A stretch of 64,000 nt of DNA from Candidatus Limnocylindrus sp. Lineage in GTDB: Bacteria > Chloroflexota > Limnocylindria > Limnocylindrales > Limnocylindraceae. The stretch covers positions 1-64,000 of the forward strand of contig JBBAWM010000003.1 of NCBI GenBank assembly GCA_040397175.1, given 5' to 3'. A model generated the notes under the pieces. The model saw only the letters and a program-made list of their open reading frames with translations. It was not told the origin of the DNA and made no database searches. Positions 10,395 through 19,613 of the stretch are shown piece by piece. The position numbers and the translations under genes are program-made. The stretch's first letter is position 1; the number at the start of each line of letters is the position of its first letter.

Positions 10395-11278
10395 CGCTTC
10401 AACTTCGGGTCAAGCGACTCGCGCAGCCCGTCTCCGAGAAGGTTGAATCCGATCGCCGAGATGACGATCGCGCCGCCAATAAAGACCACGATGTGTGGGG
10501 CGGTCTGCATGAAGCGACGTGCGTCGACCAGCATCGTCCCCCACTCTGGCGTTCGTGGATCGTCCGGCCCAAGGCCGAGGAAGCCGAAGCCAGCGATATC
10601 GATGATTGCCGTGGCGAGCACCAGCGTCGCCTGAACAATGAGTGGTGTCAGTGCGTTCGGCAGCATGTGCCGCACCAGAATGCGCATACGTGAGGCACCA
10701 ATGGTGCGCGCCGCCACAACATAGTCCGCCTCGCGAAGTGCCAGCAGTGAACCGCGTAGCAGGCGTGCAAAGGTCGGCGCATAACTCACCGCAATGGCGA
10801 ACATCAGCTGCGCCATGCCGCGCCCGAGGGCGGTGACGATGCCGATCGCCAGCAAGATGCTCGGGATCGAGAGGAAGACGTCAGTGGCACGCATGATCAC
10901 GCCGTCGATACGTCCACCGAACCCGCCAGCGATTGCCCCCAGAACGCCACCAATGACCAGCGCCAGAACCACGGCGCCAACGCCGACAAAGAGGCTGATC
11001 TGCGCCCCGTAGAGAACGCGCGAGAAGATATCGCGCCCAAGCAGGTCCGTGCCGAAGAGGTGTGTGAGCGACGGAGCGTCGAGGCTGCTGCCGTTCATGG
11101 CATACGGATCAAACGGCGAGATAAACGGCGCGAGGATTGCCGCCAGCGCGAAGAGCACGATACAGAAGAGCCCGACGAGCGCCGGTCGATTCCTTCGCAG
11201 GCGACGTGCGGCGTCACCCCAGAGCCCCCGCGACGCCCGCGCGATCTGTGGGTCAACAAGTGCGGTGCGGAACATCAT
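10391..11278 (-). CDS. dppC: Peptide ABC transporter permease (DppC/OppC)
   Basis: HLFGTDLLGRDIFSR, EAA-like loop, FNLLGDGLRESLDP. Confidence 0.9.
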
Positions 11279-12279
11279 TGGTAGCGAATCTTTGGATTCA
11301 GCAGGGCGTAACCTACGTCAACGATCAGGTTGACCACCAGGAAGATCACCGCGAAGACGAGGATCGTCGACTGGACAATCGGGTAGTCATGGTTTTCGAT
11401 CGCATCAACAACCCAGCGGCCGACACCGTTCCAGACGAACACCGTTTCGGTGAGCACTGCGCCGCCGAGCAGCCCACCCACCTGGAGGCCGACGACGGTG
11501 GTTACCGGGAGCCAAGCGTTGCGCATGATATGTCGGTTATCCACCGTCTTCTCCTTCAGGCCCTTCGATCTGGCGGTGCGCACATAGTCTTCGTTGGCAA
11601 CCTCGATCACCGAGGCGCGGGTAATGCGCGCAATGATCGCAAGTGGGATCGACCCCAGGGCGATCGACGGAAGGATCAGGTGGCGGACCACATCAACAAA
11701 GAGATCGAGTCGCCCGGCAAAGAGCGTGTCGATCAGCAAGATGCCTGAGGTGGCATCAAACCGTGCCCGAGCATCGATGCGGCCTTGGGTGGGAAGCCAG
11801 CCCAGGATCACGCCAAAGATCACAACGAGTGCAAGCCCAAGCACGAAGACCGGGATGCTCACGCCGAAGAGGCTGACCCCAGTGATGAGCCCGTCGACCC
11901 AGCCGCCGACCTTGCGGGCGGCGAGGCGACCAAGCGGAATCCCAACGCCAATCGAAAAGATGAGCGCGCCAATCGTGAGCTCGACCGTGCCCGGGAACCG
12001 AGTCAGGAACTCACCCAAGAACGGCTGCGAATTCACAACGCTAGAGCCGAGATCGCCAGAGAGCGTCTTGAGCAGATACGAGATGTACTGCTGCCAGAGC
12101 GGCAGGTCGAGGCCGAGGTGCTCGCGCAACGCAGCGCATGCCTCGGGGGTGCGGTGCTGCCCGAGGATGGCAACACACGGATCTCCTGGAAGGATGCGGA
12201 TGTAGGCGAAGAGCAGCATGGAGAGCCCAATCAGGACGGGAATCGCGGCGATCAAGCGGCGAACGATGTATCTCCCCAT
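11275..12279 (-). CDS. dppB: Peptide ABC transporter permease (DppB/OppB)
   Basis: PGDP, LGLDLPLWQQY, EDYVRTARSKGL, LLNPKIRY. Confidence 0.9.
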   Translation of the reverse strand: MGRYIVRRLIAAIPVLIGLSMLLFAYIRILPGDPCVAILGQHRTPEACAALREHLGLDLPLWQQYISYLLKTLSGDLGSSVVNSQPFLGEFLTRFPGTVELTIGALIFSIGVGIPLGRLAARKVGGWVDGLITGVSLFGVSIPVFVLGLALVVIFGVILGWLPTQGRIDARARFDATSGILLIDTLFAGRLDLFVDVVRHLILPSIALGSIPLAIIARITRASVIEVANEDYVRTARSKGLKEKTVDNRHIMRNAWLPVTTVVGLQVGGLLGGAVLTETVFVWNGVGRWVVDAIENHDYPIVQSTILVFAVIFLVVNLIVDVGYALLNPKIRYQ

Positions 12280-12397
12280 CGGGGCATTCTAGGGGCGAAA
12301 CGCCGTCGCCGCCCCCTCAGCCTCACGGCCAAGGGAGCGGCGACAGATGCTCTTCTTAGAGCGAGTTGGCGTCACCCGAAGGCGGCGCCGTACTCAG

Positions 12398-14032
12398 TTA
12401 CGGCCGATTGAGCCAAACCAGGTTGAGCGGCTCGTTCAACCCTGCAGAGCCGATGAAGCCCTTCAGGTCGATTGAGGCTGCTGCCTGCGGCTTCGAGTTG
12501 GCGACTGGCACCGTTGGCATGTCAGCGCGGATCAGATCCTGCGCCTTCTCCCACTGTGTCTTCGCCTCTGCCTCGGTGCCCGCTGCAAGCGCAGCGTTCA
12601 TCGCGGCCTCGAGTGCATCGTTCTTGTAGGCGAACTCGGTGGACGGAGCTCCGTTGACGTACCCAAAGAAGGCCGTCTTCAAGAAGTTGTCCGGCCCAGC
12701 CCAGTCGCCGGTCCATCCGAGCAGCCACATCTCGTACTTACCGGCGTACTCATCATCAAGGTACCCACCGCGCCACGGGGCGTTGTGAGGAACGATGGTG
12801 AAGCCAACAGCCTCGAGATTCGCCCTGATCGCTTCAAAGATGTGCGTTGGATCAGGCATGTACGGGCGGCTCACGTCGTTTGGATACCAGAAGTCGATCG
12901 TGAGGTCGGTTTCACCCGACTCTGCGATCAGGGCCTTTGCCTTTGCAACGTCGTACGTTGGGAGGCCAAGGTCCTTGGCGTACTGCACGCCAGATGGCAT
13001 CCAGTTCGTTGCCTTTGTCGCCGCGCCGGCGTAGAAGGTCTTGATCAAGTAGTCGTAATTGATCGCATAGGCGATCGCTTCACGAATTTTTGGATTGCTC
13101 ACTGGAGCGTAGTTATGGTTCATGGAAATCTGGAACGTATTGAACGACGAACCACGGTCGATCAGCTGCAGCTTTGCGTTGGCCTTAATGGTCGCGGCAT
13201 CAACTGGAGCAATCGTCTGGGCAAGGTCGATTTCGCCCGCGGCGAGACCGTTCAAGCGCTGTGCCTCTTCGGGTACGGCCTTGAAGACGATCGCGTCAAC
13301 GTGCGCAATGTGCTTGGTATCCCAGTAGGTTGCGTTCTTCTCAATCTCAACCCTGTCGCCAACCGTCCACTTCACAAACTTGAAGGGGCCGGTGCCGATC
13401 ATTGCACCAACGCCGCCCTGGGCGCCGGTGATCTTGGTCACGTCGGACTCGGTGTTGTCACCCTTGCCCAGCTTTAGCGCTGCTGGCGACTGGATCCCGA
13501 AGACCGGAAGGGTCTGGGTCAGGATGAAGTTCGAGCTTGGCTTCTTCAACTTCAATGCAACGGTTGAGGCGTCCACCGCAGTGGCGGACTCAAGGTTGCT
13601 GCTTGCACCGTAACCACCAAAGACTGCACCAATGTAATAGGTGTAGTCCTGGAGGGCGGTTGGGATGTTGATGAAGCGGTTGTAGTTGTACACGACTGCA
13701 TCGGCATTGAAGTCGGTGCCGTCGTGGAACTTGACGCCGCTGCGCAGCTTGAACGTATAGGTGAGTGCATCGGCGCTCACCGTATAGCTCTCTGCGAGCA
13801 CTGGAACAACCTTTGAGGTCGATCCTGGCTCAAGGCCGACGAGGGTTTCGACAACCTGCTGAATCACGTACGACGAGTTGCTGTCGTCCGTTAGTGCGGT
13901 GTCGGTTCGCACGATGTCGCCTGGCAGGGCGACGATGAGGGTTCCACCCTCTTTCGCTGCCGGGGTGCTCGAGCACGCCGCAGCGACCATAAGAAGGGCG
14001 CCAAGAATGGCACCAATCCGTAGGTTCTTCAT
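12398..14032 (-). CDS. dppA: Peptide ABC transporter substrate-binding lipoprotein (family 5)
   Basis: Lipobox VAAAC, YTFKLRSGVKFHDGTDFNADAV, IGTGPFK, RPYMPDP, GWTGD. Confidence 0.9.
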   Translation of the reverse strand: MKNLRIGAILGALLMVAAACSSTPAAKEGGTLIVALPGDIVRTDTALTDDSNSSYVIQQVVETLVGLEPGSTSKVVPVLAESYTVSADALTYTFKLRSGVKFHDGTDFNADAVVYNYNRFINIPTALQDYTYYIGAVFGGYGASSNLESATAVDASTVALKLKKPSSNFILTQTLPVFGIQSPAALKLGKGDNTESDVTKITGAQGGVGAMIGTGPFKFVKWTVGDRVEIEKNATYWDTKHIAHVDAIVFKAVPEEAQRLNGLAAGEIDLAQTIAPVDAATIKANAKLQLIDRGSSFNTFQISMNHNYAPVSNPKIREAIAYAINYDYLIKTFYAGAATKATNWMPSGVQYAKDLGLPTYDVAKAKALIAESGETDLTIDFWYPNDVSRPYMPDPTHIFEAIRANLEAVGFTIVPHNAPWRGGYLDDEYAGKYEMWLLGWTGDWAGPDNFLKTAFFGYVNGAPSTEFAYKNDALEAAMNAALAAGTEAEAKTQWEKAQDLIRADMPTVPVANSKPQAAASIDLKGFIGSAGLNEPLNLVWLNRP

Positions 14033-14253
14033 GTGTTCTCCTTCGATGGCGGGTTTGGCCCTGGCCCGAAGCCTGGCCGTCGCGGGGTTTCCGCGATCGC
14101 CTCATCCTACCGCAGCCCACGCACGAATTAGGTTCAGATAGCGCAACCTTGAGCTGATTTCACGCACGATTTGAGTAAATCCCATGTGCGCCGCTACCCT
14201 CAACGGCACCAGGCTGAAGTCCAGCTTGCAGAATTGAACAGGGAGGAACCTTC

Positions 14254-15144
14254 ATGGCGACAGCCAAGAAGTCCGCGCCAAAGCGCGCGGCCGCCGCAAG
14301 CACCGGGGTTGCAACATCGTTTGCCGCCATTCCGGTCGCTCGCGCGAAGCAGCTCTTTAGATGGAACCGCGCGCTCGTCTTGCTGCACGGTATCCAGGCG
14401 ATCATCATCGTGGTGATCAGCCCTACAGCAGCGGCGGTCCGCTTCATTGGGCACTACCCAGTACAAGGCCCAATCGTCAATGGCATGCCGACGCTGAGCT
14501 CTGAGTCGCAGTTGCTCTTTAGCTTCCCGCTCGCCTACCTGGTTGCGGCGTTCTTCGGCCTCTCGGCCCTGGCGCACTTCCTTGTGGCCTACCCACTGCG
14601 CAAGCGTTATGAGGGCTGGCTCGCTCGCGAGTTCAACCCAATGCGTTGGGCTGAGTACGCGCTGAGCTCGACGCTCATGATCGTGGGTATCGCCTCACTC
14701 AGCTTCATCACCGATGCAGGCGCCCTTATCGCACTCGCGGTGGCGAATGCCTCCATGAACCTCTTCGGCTGGTCAATGGAAGAGGCGAACATCGGCCGCA
14801 AGAACGTGCAGTGGAGCCACTACATCTTTGGCTGCATCGCCGGCATTGCGCCGTGGATCGTCATCTTCATCTCGTTTGGCCTCTCGCTCGCGCACTGGCC
14901 AACGGGCACCACGGCAAACGGCGTGGACTTTGCAGCCTTCAAAACTGTTCTGATCGTGATCTATGTAAGCCTCTTCGTGAGCTTCAACATCTTCGCGATC
15001 AACATGGTCTTGCAGCGCTTGAAGATTGGTAAGTGGGCTGACTACCTTCACGGTGAGCGCAGCTACATGATCCTTTCACTGGTGGCAAAGACCCTGCTCG
15101 CGTGGCAGGTCTGGACAGGAGTTTTCCAGCCAGGCTCGAACTAA
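14254..15144 (+). CDS. heR: Heliorhodopsin
   Basis: WN...LH..QA, SALAH, NPMRWAEYALSS, MNLFG, retinal-binding SLVAK motif (ERSYMILSLVAKTLLAW). Confidence 0.95.
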   Translation: MATAKKSAPKRAAAASTGVATSFAAIPVARAKQLFRWNRALVLLHGIQAIIIVVISPTAAAVRFIGHYPVQGPIVNGMPTLSSESQLLFSFPLAYLVAAFFGLSALAHFLVAYPLRKRYEGWLAREFNPMRWAEYALSSTLMIVGIASLSFITDAGALIALAVANASMNLFGWSMEEANIGRKNVQWSHYIFGCIAGIAPWIVIFISFGLSLAHWPTGTTANGVDFAAFKTVLIVIYVSLFVSFNIFAINMVLQRLKIGKWADYLHGERSYMILSLVAKTLLAWQVWTGVFQPGSN

Positions 15145-15162
15145 CCCCGTTACGAGGTACTC

Positions 15163-15199
15163 GGAGACCCTCGCCCATCTGGGCGGGGGTCTCCTTTTT
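15163..15199 (+). terminator. Rho-independent terminator of heliorhodopsin
   Basis: GGAGACCCTCGCCCA-TC-TGGGCGGGGGTCTCC followed by TTTTT. Confidence 0.85.
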
Positions 15200-15225
15200 G
15201 TAGCGGTGGGGCGTACTATGCAGCC

Positions 15226-16029
15226 ATGAGTAATGAACGGGTCCCTGGTGATACAGAAGGGCTGACGTACGCGAGTTACTTGGCACTCGATGAACTTCTC
15301 GGCCTCCAGCGACCCCGCTCTGACGAACATGACGAGCTGCTCTTCATCACGATTCACCAAACCTATGAGCTCTGGTTCAAGCAGATTCTGCATGAGGTCC
15401 GAGGTGCCATGAGCGCTCTCGCTGCGAACGAGAGCTGGCGTGCCTCCCACAGGCTTAGCCGAGTACGACACATTCTGAAGATTGCCGTTGCGCAGGTAGA
15501 CATCCTGGAGACGCTCACCCCACTCGAATTTGCCGCGTTCCGCAGCCGGCTCGCAACCTCTAGTGGATTTGAATCAGCGCAGTTCCGCGAGATTGAGGCG
15601 CTCTTCGGGATCCGCAACGCGCGTCTCGCCGACCTACTCCCAGATGAGCAGGCCCGAGAGGTTGTGCGCGCCACCCTACGGGCGCCGAGCCTTTGGGACG
15701 CAACGATCCGCTGGTTGGCGGTCCGTGGATGCGCCGTCCCATCTCGACTCCTTACCCGCGACATGTCGGAGTCCTATGAAGGAGATGAGGAACTTCAAGA
15801 GGTGTTGCTTGGGGTCTATCGTGCTGGTGGTGAAGCGGCGAGCATTCTCGAACAGCTCGTTGATATCGATGAGGGGGTTCAGGAGTGGCGATATCGCCAC
15901 GTCAAGATGGTAGAGCGAACCATTGGCCGAAAGTCGGGCACAGGTGGTTCGACTGGAGTGGAATATCTCGCCGCAAGCCTGCGTCGTTCGCTCTTCCCAG
16001 ACCTTTGGGCTATTCGCGACCGTATGTAG
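15226..16029 (+). CDS. kynA: Tryptophan 2,3-dioxygenase
   Basis: YASYLALDELL, HDELLFITIHQTYELWFK, SGFESAQFR, WRYRHVKMVERTIG...GTGGS. Confidence 0.95.
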   Translation: MSNERVPGDTEGLTYASYLALDELLGLQRPRSDEHDELLFITIHQTYELWFKQILHEVRGAMSALAANESWRASHRLSRVRHILKIAVAQVDILETLTPLEFAAFRSRLATSSGFESAQFREIEALFGIRNARLADLLPDEQAREVVRATLRAPSLWDATIRWLAVRGCAVPSRLLTRDMSESYEGDEELQEVLLGVYRAGGEAASILEQLVDIDEGVQEWRYRHVKMVERTIGRKSGTGGSTGVEYLAASLRRSLFPDLWAIRDRM

Positions 16030-16038
16030 TTGGAGCGG

Positions 16039-17274
16039 TCAGGTCACCGTTTGCTTTGAGGCGAACTCTGGGGCACGCCAGGCGTCAGTGCGAAGAATCT
16101 CGGCGAGCGTCGCGGCCGCACGATCGATGTCGGTAAAGCTCACATAGAGTGGCGAGAAGCCGAAGCGCAGAATGTTCGGCGCACGGAAGTCTCCGATGAC
16201 GCCGCGACTGATCAGCGCCTGCATAATCGGATAGCCACTCTCATGCGCAAAGGAAACCTGTCCGCCTCGTAGTTGGTCCACTCGTGGCGAGATCAGGGTG
16301 AGACCGTGGCCCTCGCACTCCGCCTCAACTCGCTCAACGAAGCGAGAGGTTTGCGCCATCGACTTGCGGCGAATCTCGGACATTGAGATCCCTTCCCACA
16401 ACTTCAGCGCCTCATCAAGTGCCGCCAGGCTGAGTACTTGCTGTGTGCCTGTGATGAAGCGCCGAATGCCAGGGGCCGGCTCATAGTCGGGCACGAATGC
16501 GAACGGGCTCTTGTGGCCGAGCCAGCCTTCTAGCGGCTGCCGCACCTGCTCAATCAGCGCCGGTGCCACCCAGGTGTATGAGGGGGCGCCTGGCCCACCA
16601 TTCAGGTATTTGTACCCACAGCCGATCGCAAAGTCGGCGCCGTCGCGAGCGATATCAAGCTCGAGGACTCCGGTGGAGTGCGAGAGATCCCACACCGTTA
16701 ACGCGCCAGCAGCATGGGCTGCTGCGCTCAGTTCGCGCATGTCACGAATCCGTCCAGTTCGATAATCCACATGCGTCAACATCAGAACCCCTGCACCATC
16801 AAGCACCGCCGCCGGGCTCTCTGACTCATCCCAGAAGCGCACCTCCACGTTGGGAAGGAGCTGGCGTAGGCCATCCAAAATGTAGAGATCGGTTGGGAAG
16901 TTCTCGCGCTCGGTGACCACAATCTGACGCTCTCCACGAAGCCGAAGCGCGGCGGCCAGAACGCGAAAGAGCGAGACCGACGTGGATTCCCCAACCACGA
17001 CCTCGCCCTTTCCAACCCCAAGGAGCGGGGCGATCCGATCACCGACGCGCAGTGGGAGGTCGTACCAATCGGACTCGTTCCAACTACGGATGAGCCGCTC
17101 GCCCCACTGTTGATCAATCACGTTGGCGACGCGCTCATGCACCCCAATGGGCAACGCCCCCAAAGAGTTTCCGTCGAGGTAGACAACCCCTGCCGGTAGG
17201 GTAAATCGCTCTCGCAGCGCAGCAAGTGGGTCTTGCGCGTCGAGCTCCGCTGCTGAAGTGGTTACGTTCGTCAT
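16039..17274 (-). CDS. kynU: Kynureninase
   Basis: YLDGNSLG, NFPTD, WDLSHS, GCGYKYLNGGPG, LRFGFSPLY. Confidence 0.95.
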   Translation of the reverse strand: MTNVTTSAAELDAQDPLAALRERFTLPAGVVYLDGNSLGALPIGVHERVANVIDQQWGERLIRSWNESDWYDLPLRVGDRIAPLLGVGKGEVVVGESTSVSLFRVLAAALRLRGERQIVVTERENFPTDLYILDGLRQLLPNVEVRFWDESESPAAVLDGAGVLMLTHVDYRTGRIRDMRELSAAAHAAGALTVWDLSHSTGVLELDIARDGADFAIGCGYKYLNGGPGAPSYTWVAPALIEQVRQPLEGWLGHKSPFAFVPDYEPAPGIRRFITGTQQVLSLAALDEALKLWEGISMSEIRRKSMAQTSRFVERVEAECEGHGLTLISPRVDQLRGGQVSFAHESGYPIMQALISRGVIGDFRAPNILRFGFSPLYVSFTDIDRAAATLAEILRTDAWRAPEFASKQTVT

Positions 17275-17286
17275 GAGCCTATCGTC

Positions 17287-18153
17287 TCACGCGCCAGAGA
17301 TCTGCAACAACGCACGCGCATCTCGTAGCAGCGAGCCGCCCGGCGTATCAAGCTCCTCCAGCACATCGAAGTGATCACGGTCAGGAACGGTCGCGAGCGA
17401 AATGGCGGCGTGGCTCGCCCACTTCTCGCGGAGGAGCTCCGACTGTCGATGGAACTCCGACGGCTCATGCTCACCAACTCGCAGAAGGACCGGAATGTTG
17501 CGCTGTGGCACGTAGTTGACAGGTGAGAGATGTTTCGCTTCGTCGGCACTCATGCCGACCAGGTTGTTGACGTAGCTCTCAGCAATCGGCTCGAGGTCAA
17601 ACGCACCTCCGATAAGTAGCAGCCCTGAAATCGCACTCCGCACGTGGGGCGGCGCCAGTTCCGTCACCAGTGTTGCGGCAAGGTGCGCTCCTGCAGAGTG
17701 CCCAGCCGCAACAATCCTGCTCACGTCACAGCCGAGCGTCGCCGCGTGCTCGATCAGATATGCCACGGCTGCCGAGGCTTCCGCAACGATCGCTGGGAGG
17801 GTGGCGGCTGGCGCCAGGGAGTAGCCGACGGCAACATGGGTTGCACCGAGCGGAGCGAGCGTTGCCGCGTATCGACCGCCGTCATCAATCGCGCCCTCCT
17901 GCCACCACCCACCATGAAACATCAGTAGCGTGGGGTGGGCTCCTTCGCGATCCGCAAAGATCTCGAGACGGTTGGCCTCACTCGGTCCATATGCGACGCG
18001 GTGATAGACGCCACTCGCCTGTGCGGTACTTCGTACGAGTACGGTGCGCTCGCGGCCGGCTGACATGGAACCAGCGGCGTCTCGCGCGGTTCGGCTTGGC
18101 GAGTACTCCGCATCAAGCCAGGCTCGACGCTGCGCGTTAGGGAACGAGGTCAA
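17287..18153 (-). CDS. Alpha/beta hydrolase, probable kynurenine formamidase (AFMID-type)
   Basis: EYSPS, FHGGWWQ, GHSAGAHLA, DHFD; lies directly upstream of kynU. Confidence 0.8.
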   Translation of the reverse strand: MTSFPNAQRRAWLDAEYSPSRTARDAAGSMSAGRERTVLVRSTAQASGVYHRVAYGPSEANRLEIFADREGAHPTLLMFHGGWWQEGAIDDGGRYAATLAPLGATHVAVGYSLAPAATLPAIVAEASAAVAYLIEHAATLGCDVSRIVAAGHSAGAHLAATLVTELAPPHVRSAISGLLLIGGAFDLEPIAESYVNNLVGMSADEAKHLSPVNYVPQRNIPVLLRVGEHEPSEFHRQSELLREKWASHAAISLATVPDRDHFDVLEELDTPGGSLLRDARALLQISGA

Positions 18154-18982
18154 TGTTCCCCTTCATGTTCGGATGCACTTCGCACCTAAAGGTGTAGATC
18201 TTGTTCGCATCGAAGGCGGGGAGCGTGTACTCCTTCGTTGCCACACCAGCGAACTGCTCGCCAGAAAAGACGGTCGTGCCGCTCTCCACAATCGCAAAAT
18301 TGTGGGGGATGCCACTGTCTTTATTGGTAAATGTGAGCGTGACTTCCGTGCCAGCCTTGACAACGAGCTTGTCGAGATTGAACTTCACGCCCGAGGCAAC
18401 AATCTCGGGAGCCGCTGGGTCTGCACCTGTTGGCCCTGGATCGGCCTTTGCGCCGCCAGCAAAGATGGCCGACTGACCGATTAGCAGACTGAAGAAGGCA
18501 ATGAGAACGACGTCAACGATGCGGCGTGATGGGCGCAGTGGTGTTGGATTCTTGATCGCACCACTGCCTGCTGTGACGACAGCCTTCCACTCTCGACGAG
18601 AGTCGATCAGCCAGCCGATCATGGCGATGCCAAGCAACACCGTGCCGAGGGTGAAGAACGGCAAGTTGACCGCGAGGCCAAAGAACATCACCGCAGCACC
18701 GGCGCAGATCGCAATCGGCATGAACGATGACGAAGGCAGATGCACGCCAGCTGGCGCGCTCTTCGCGGCTGGTGAGTGCTTTCCAGGGAACTTCTTCCAT
18801 GCTGGAATGGCGGCATGGCTCTCGGCTGTGCCCTGCGCATAGAGCAGAATGTAGGTCATGAGGCCCATGGCAAGGCCAGTGATCGCCAGCATGAAAGCCA
18901 TGTGTGGGTCGTCGGCCACGATGAAGAAGACAAGTGCCGCCGCCTCAAAGATTGCGCCGATTACGAGTGCGAGACCAAACAT
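18137..18982 (-). CDS. Cytochrome oxidase subunit IV (CtaF-like) fused to a C-terminal cupredoxin
   Basis: TM region with VHLPSSSFMP; C-terminal HNF...FRCEVHPNMKG type-1 Cu motif; SD GGGAGG before ATG 18982. Confidence 0.75.
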   Translation of the reverse strand: MFGLALVIGAIFEAAALVFFIVADDPHMAFMLAITGLAMGLMTYILLYAQGTAESHAAIPAWKKFPGKHSPAAKSAPAGVHLPSSSFMPIAICAGAAVMFFGLAVNLPFFTLGTVLLGIAMIGWLIDSRREWKAVVTAGSGAIKNPTPLRPSRRIVDVVLIAFFSLLIGQSAIFAGGAKADPGPTGADPAAPEIVASGVKFNLDKLVVKAGTEVTLTFTNKDSGIPHNFAIVESGTTVFSGEQFAGVATKEYTLPAFDANKIYTFRCEVHPNMKGNIDLVP

Positions 18983-19007
18983 GGTGTGCCCTCCCGAACC
19001 AGACGAC

Positions 19008-19613
19008 TCAGGCGATATAGAGCAGGGCGAAGAGGAGTAGCCAGACGACGTCAACGAAGTGCCAGTAGATCGAGGTTGCTTCGACCATGTCGTGGTGCTC
19101 TGCCGAGAACTGGCCAAGTCCACCGCGATATAGGCAGACGGTGAGCATCAACACCCCGCCAAGGACGTGTGCGCCGTGGAAGCCGGTCAGCACATAGAAG
19201 GTGCTGCCGAATACCCCGTCGGCGATGCCGAAGCCTAGCTGGGTGTAGTCGTACGCCTGGCCGAGCAAGAAGGTCACGCCAAGCAACACGGTCATGAGGA
19301 GTGCCCGGTTCATTCCTTGTCGATCACCCTTGCGAATGCGCCACACGGCGACCTGGCAGGTGACTGAGCTGAGCACGAGCAGGCTGGTCATGATTGCGGG
19401 GAATAGGATCTCGCCGTGAAGCTCAAACGCTCCATTTCCCGCAGGTGGCCACGTGCCCGTTGCGGTACGAAGGTTGAAGTAGGCGGCGAAGAGCCCTGCG
19501 AAGAACATGATCTCGGAGACGATGAAAAGGAGCATCCCAAGTACAGGGTTGCCGAGCCCCTTCTTGCCGCGACCGGCACTGTGGCCGCTCGTCATGACTG
19601 CGCCGTCACTCAT
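19008..19613 (-). CDS. ctaE: Heme-copper oxidase subunit III
   Basis: LFIVSEIMFFAGLF, TGFHGAHV, YWHFVDVVW. Confidence 0.95.
   Translation of the reverse strand: MSDGAVMTSGHSAGRGKKGLGNPVLGMLLFIVSEIMFFAGLFAAYFNLRTATGTWPPAGNGAFELHGEILFPAIMTSLLVLSSVTCQVAVWRIRKGDRQGMNRALLMTVLLGVTFLLGQAYDYTQLGFGIADGVFGSTFYVLTGFHGAHVLGGVLMLTVCLYRGGLGQFSAEHHDMVEATSIYWHFVDVVWLLLFALLYIA

Noticed and set aside
12291-12395. dppA-dppB spacer shares GAGCATCTGTCG and GAGGGGGCGGCG with the cysK leader and could encode VTPTRSKKSICRR...
   Set aside because: No -10/ATG geometry or SD for the ORF and no GEP. The segment is explained as a stable hairpin (CTGTCGCCGCTCCCT/AGGGGGCGGCGACGG) after dppA, and dppB has its own TAGAAT leaderless promoter. 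Worth rechecking only if the RNA motif recurs elsewhere.
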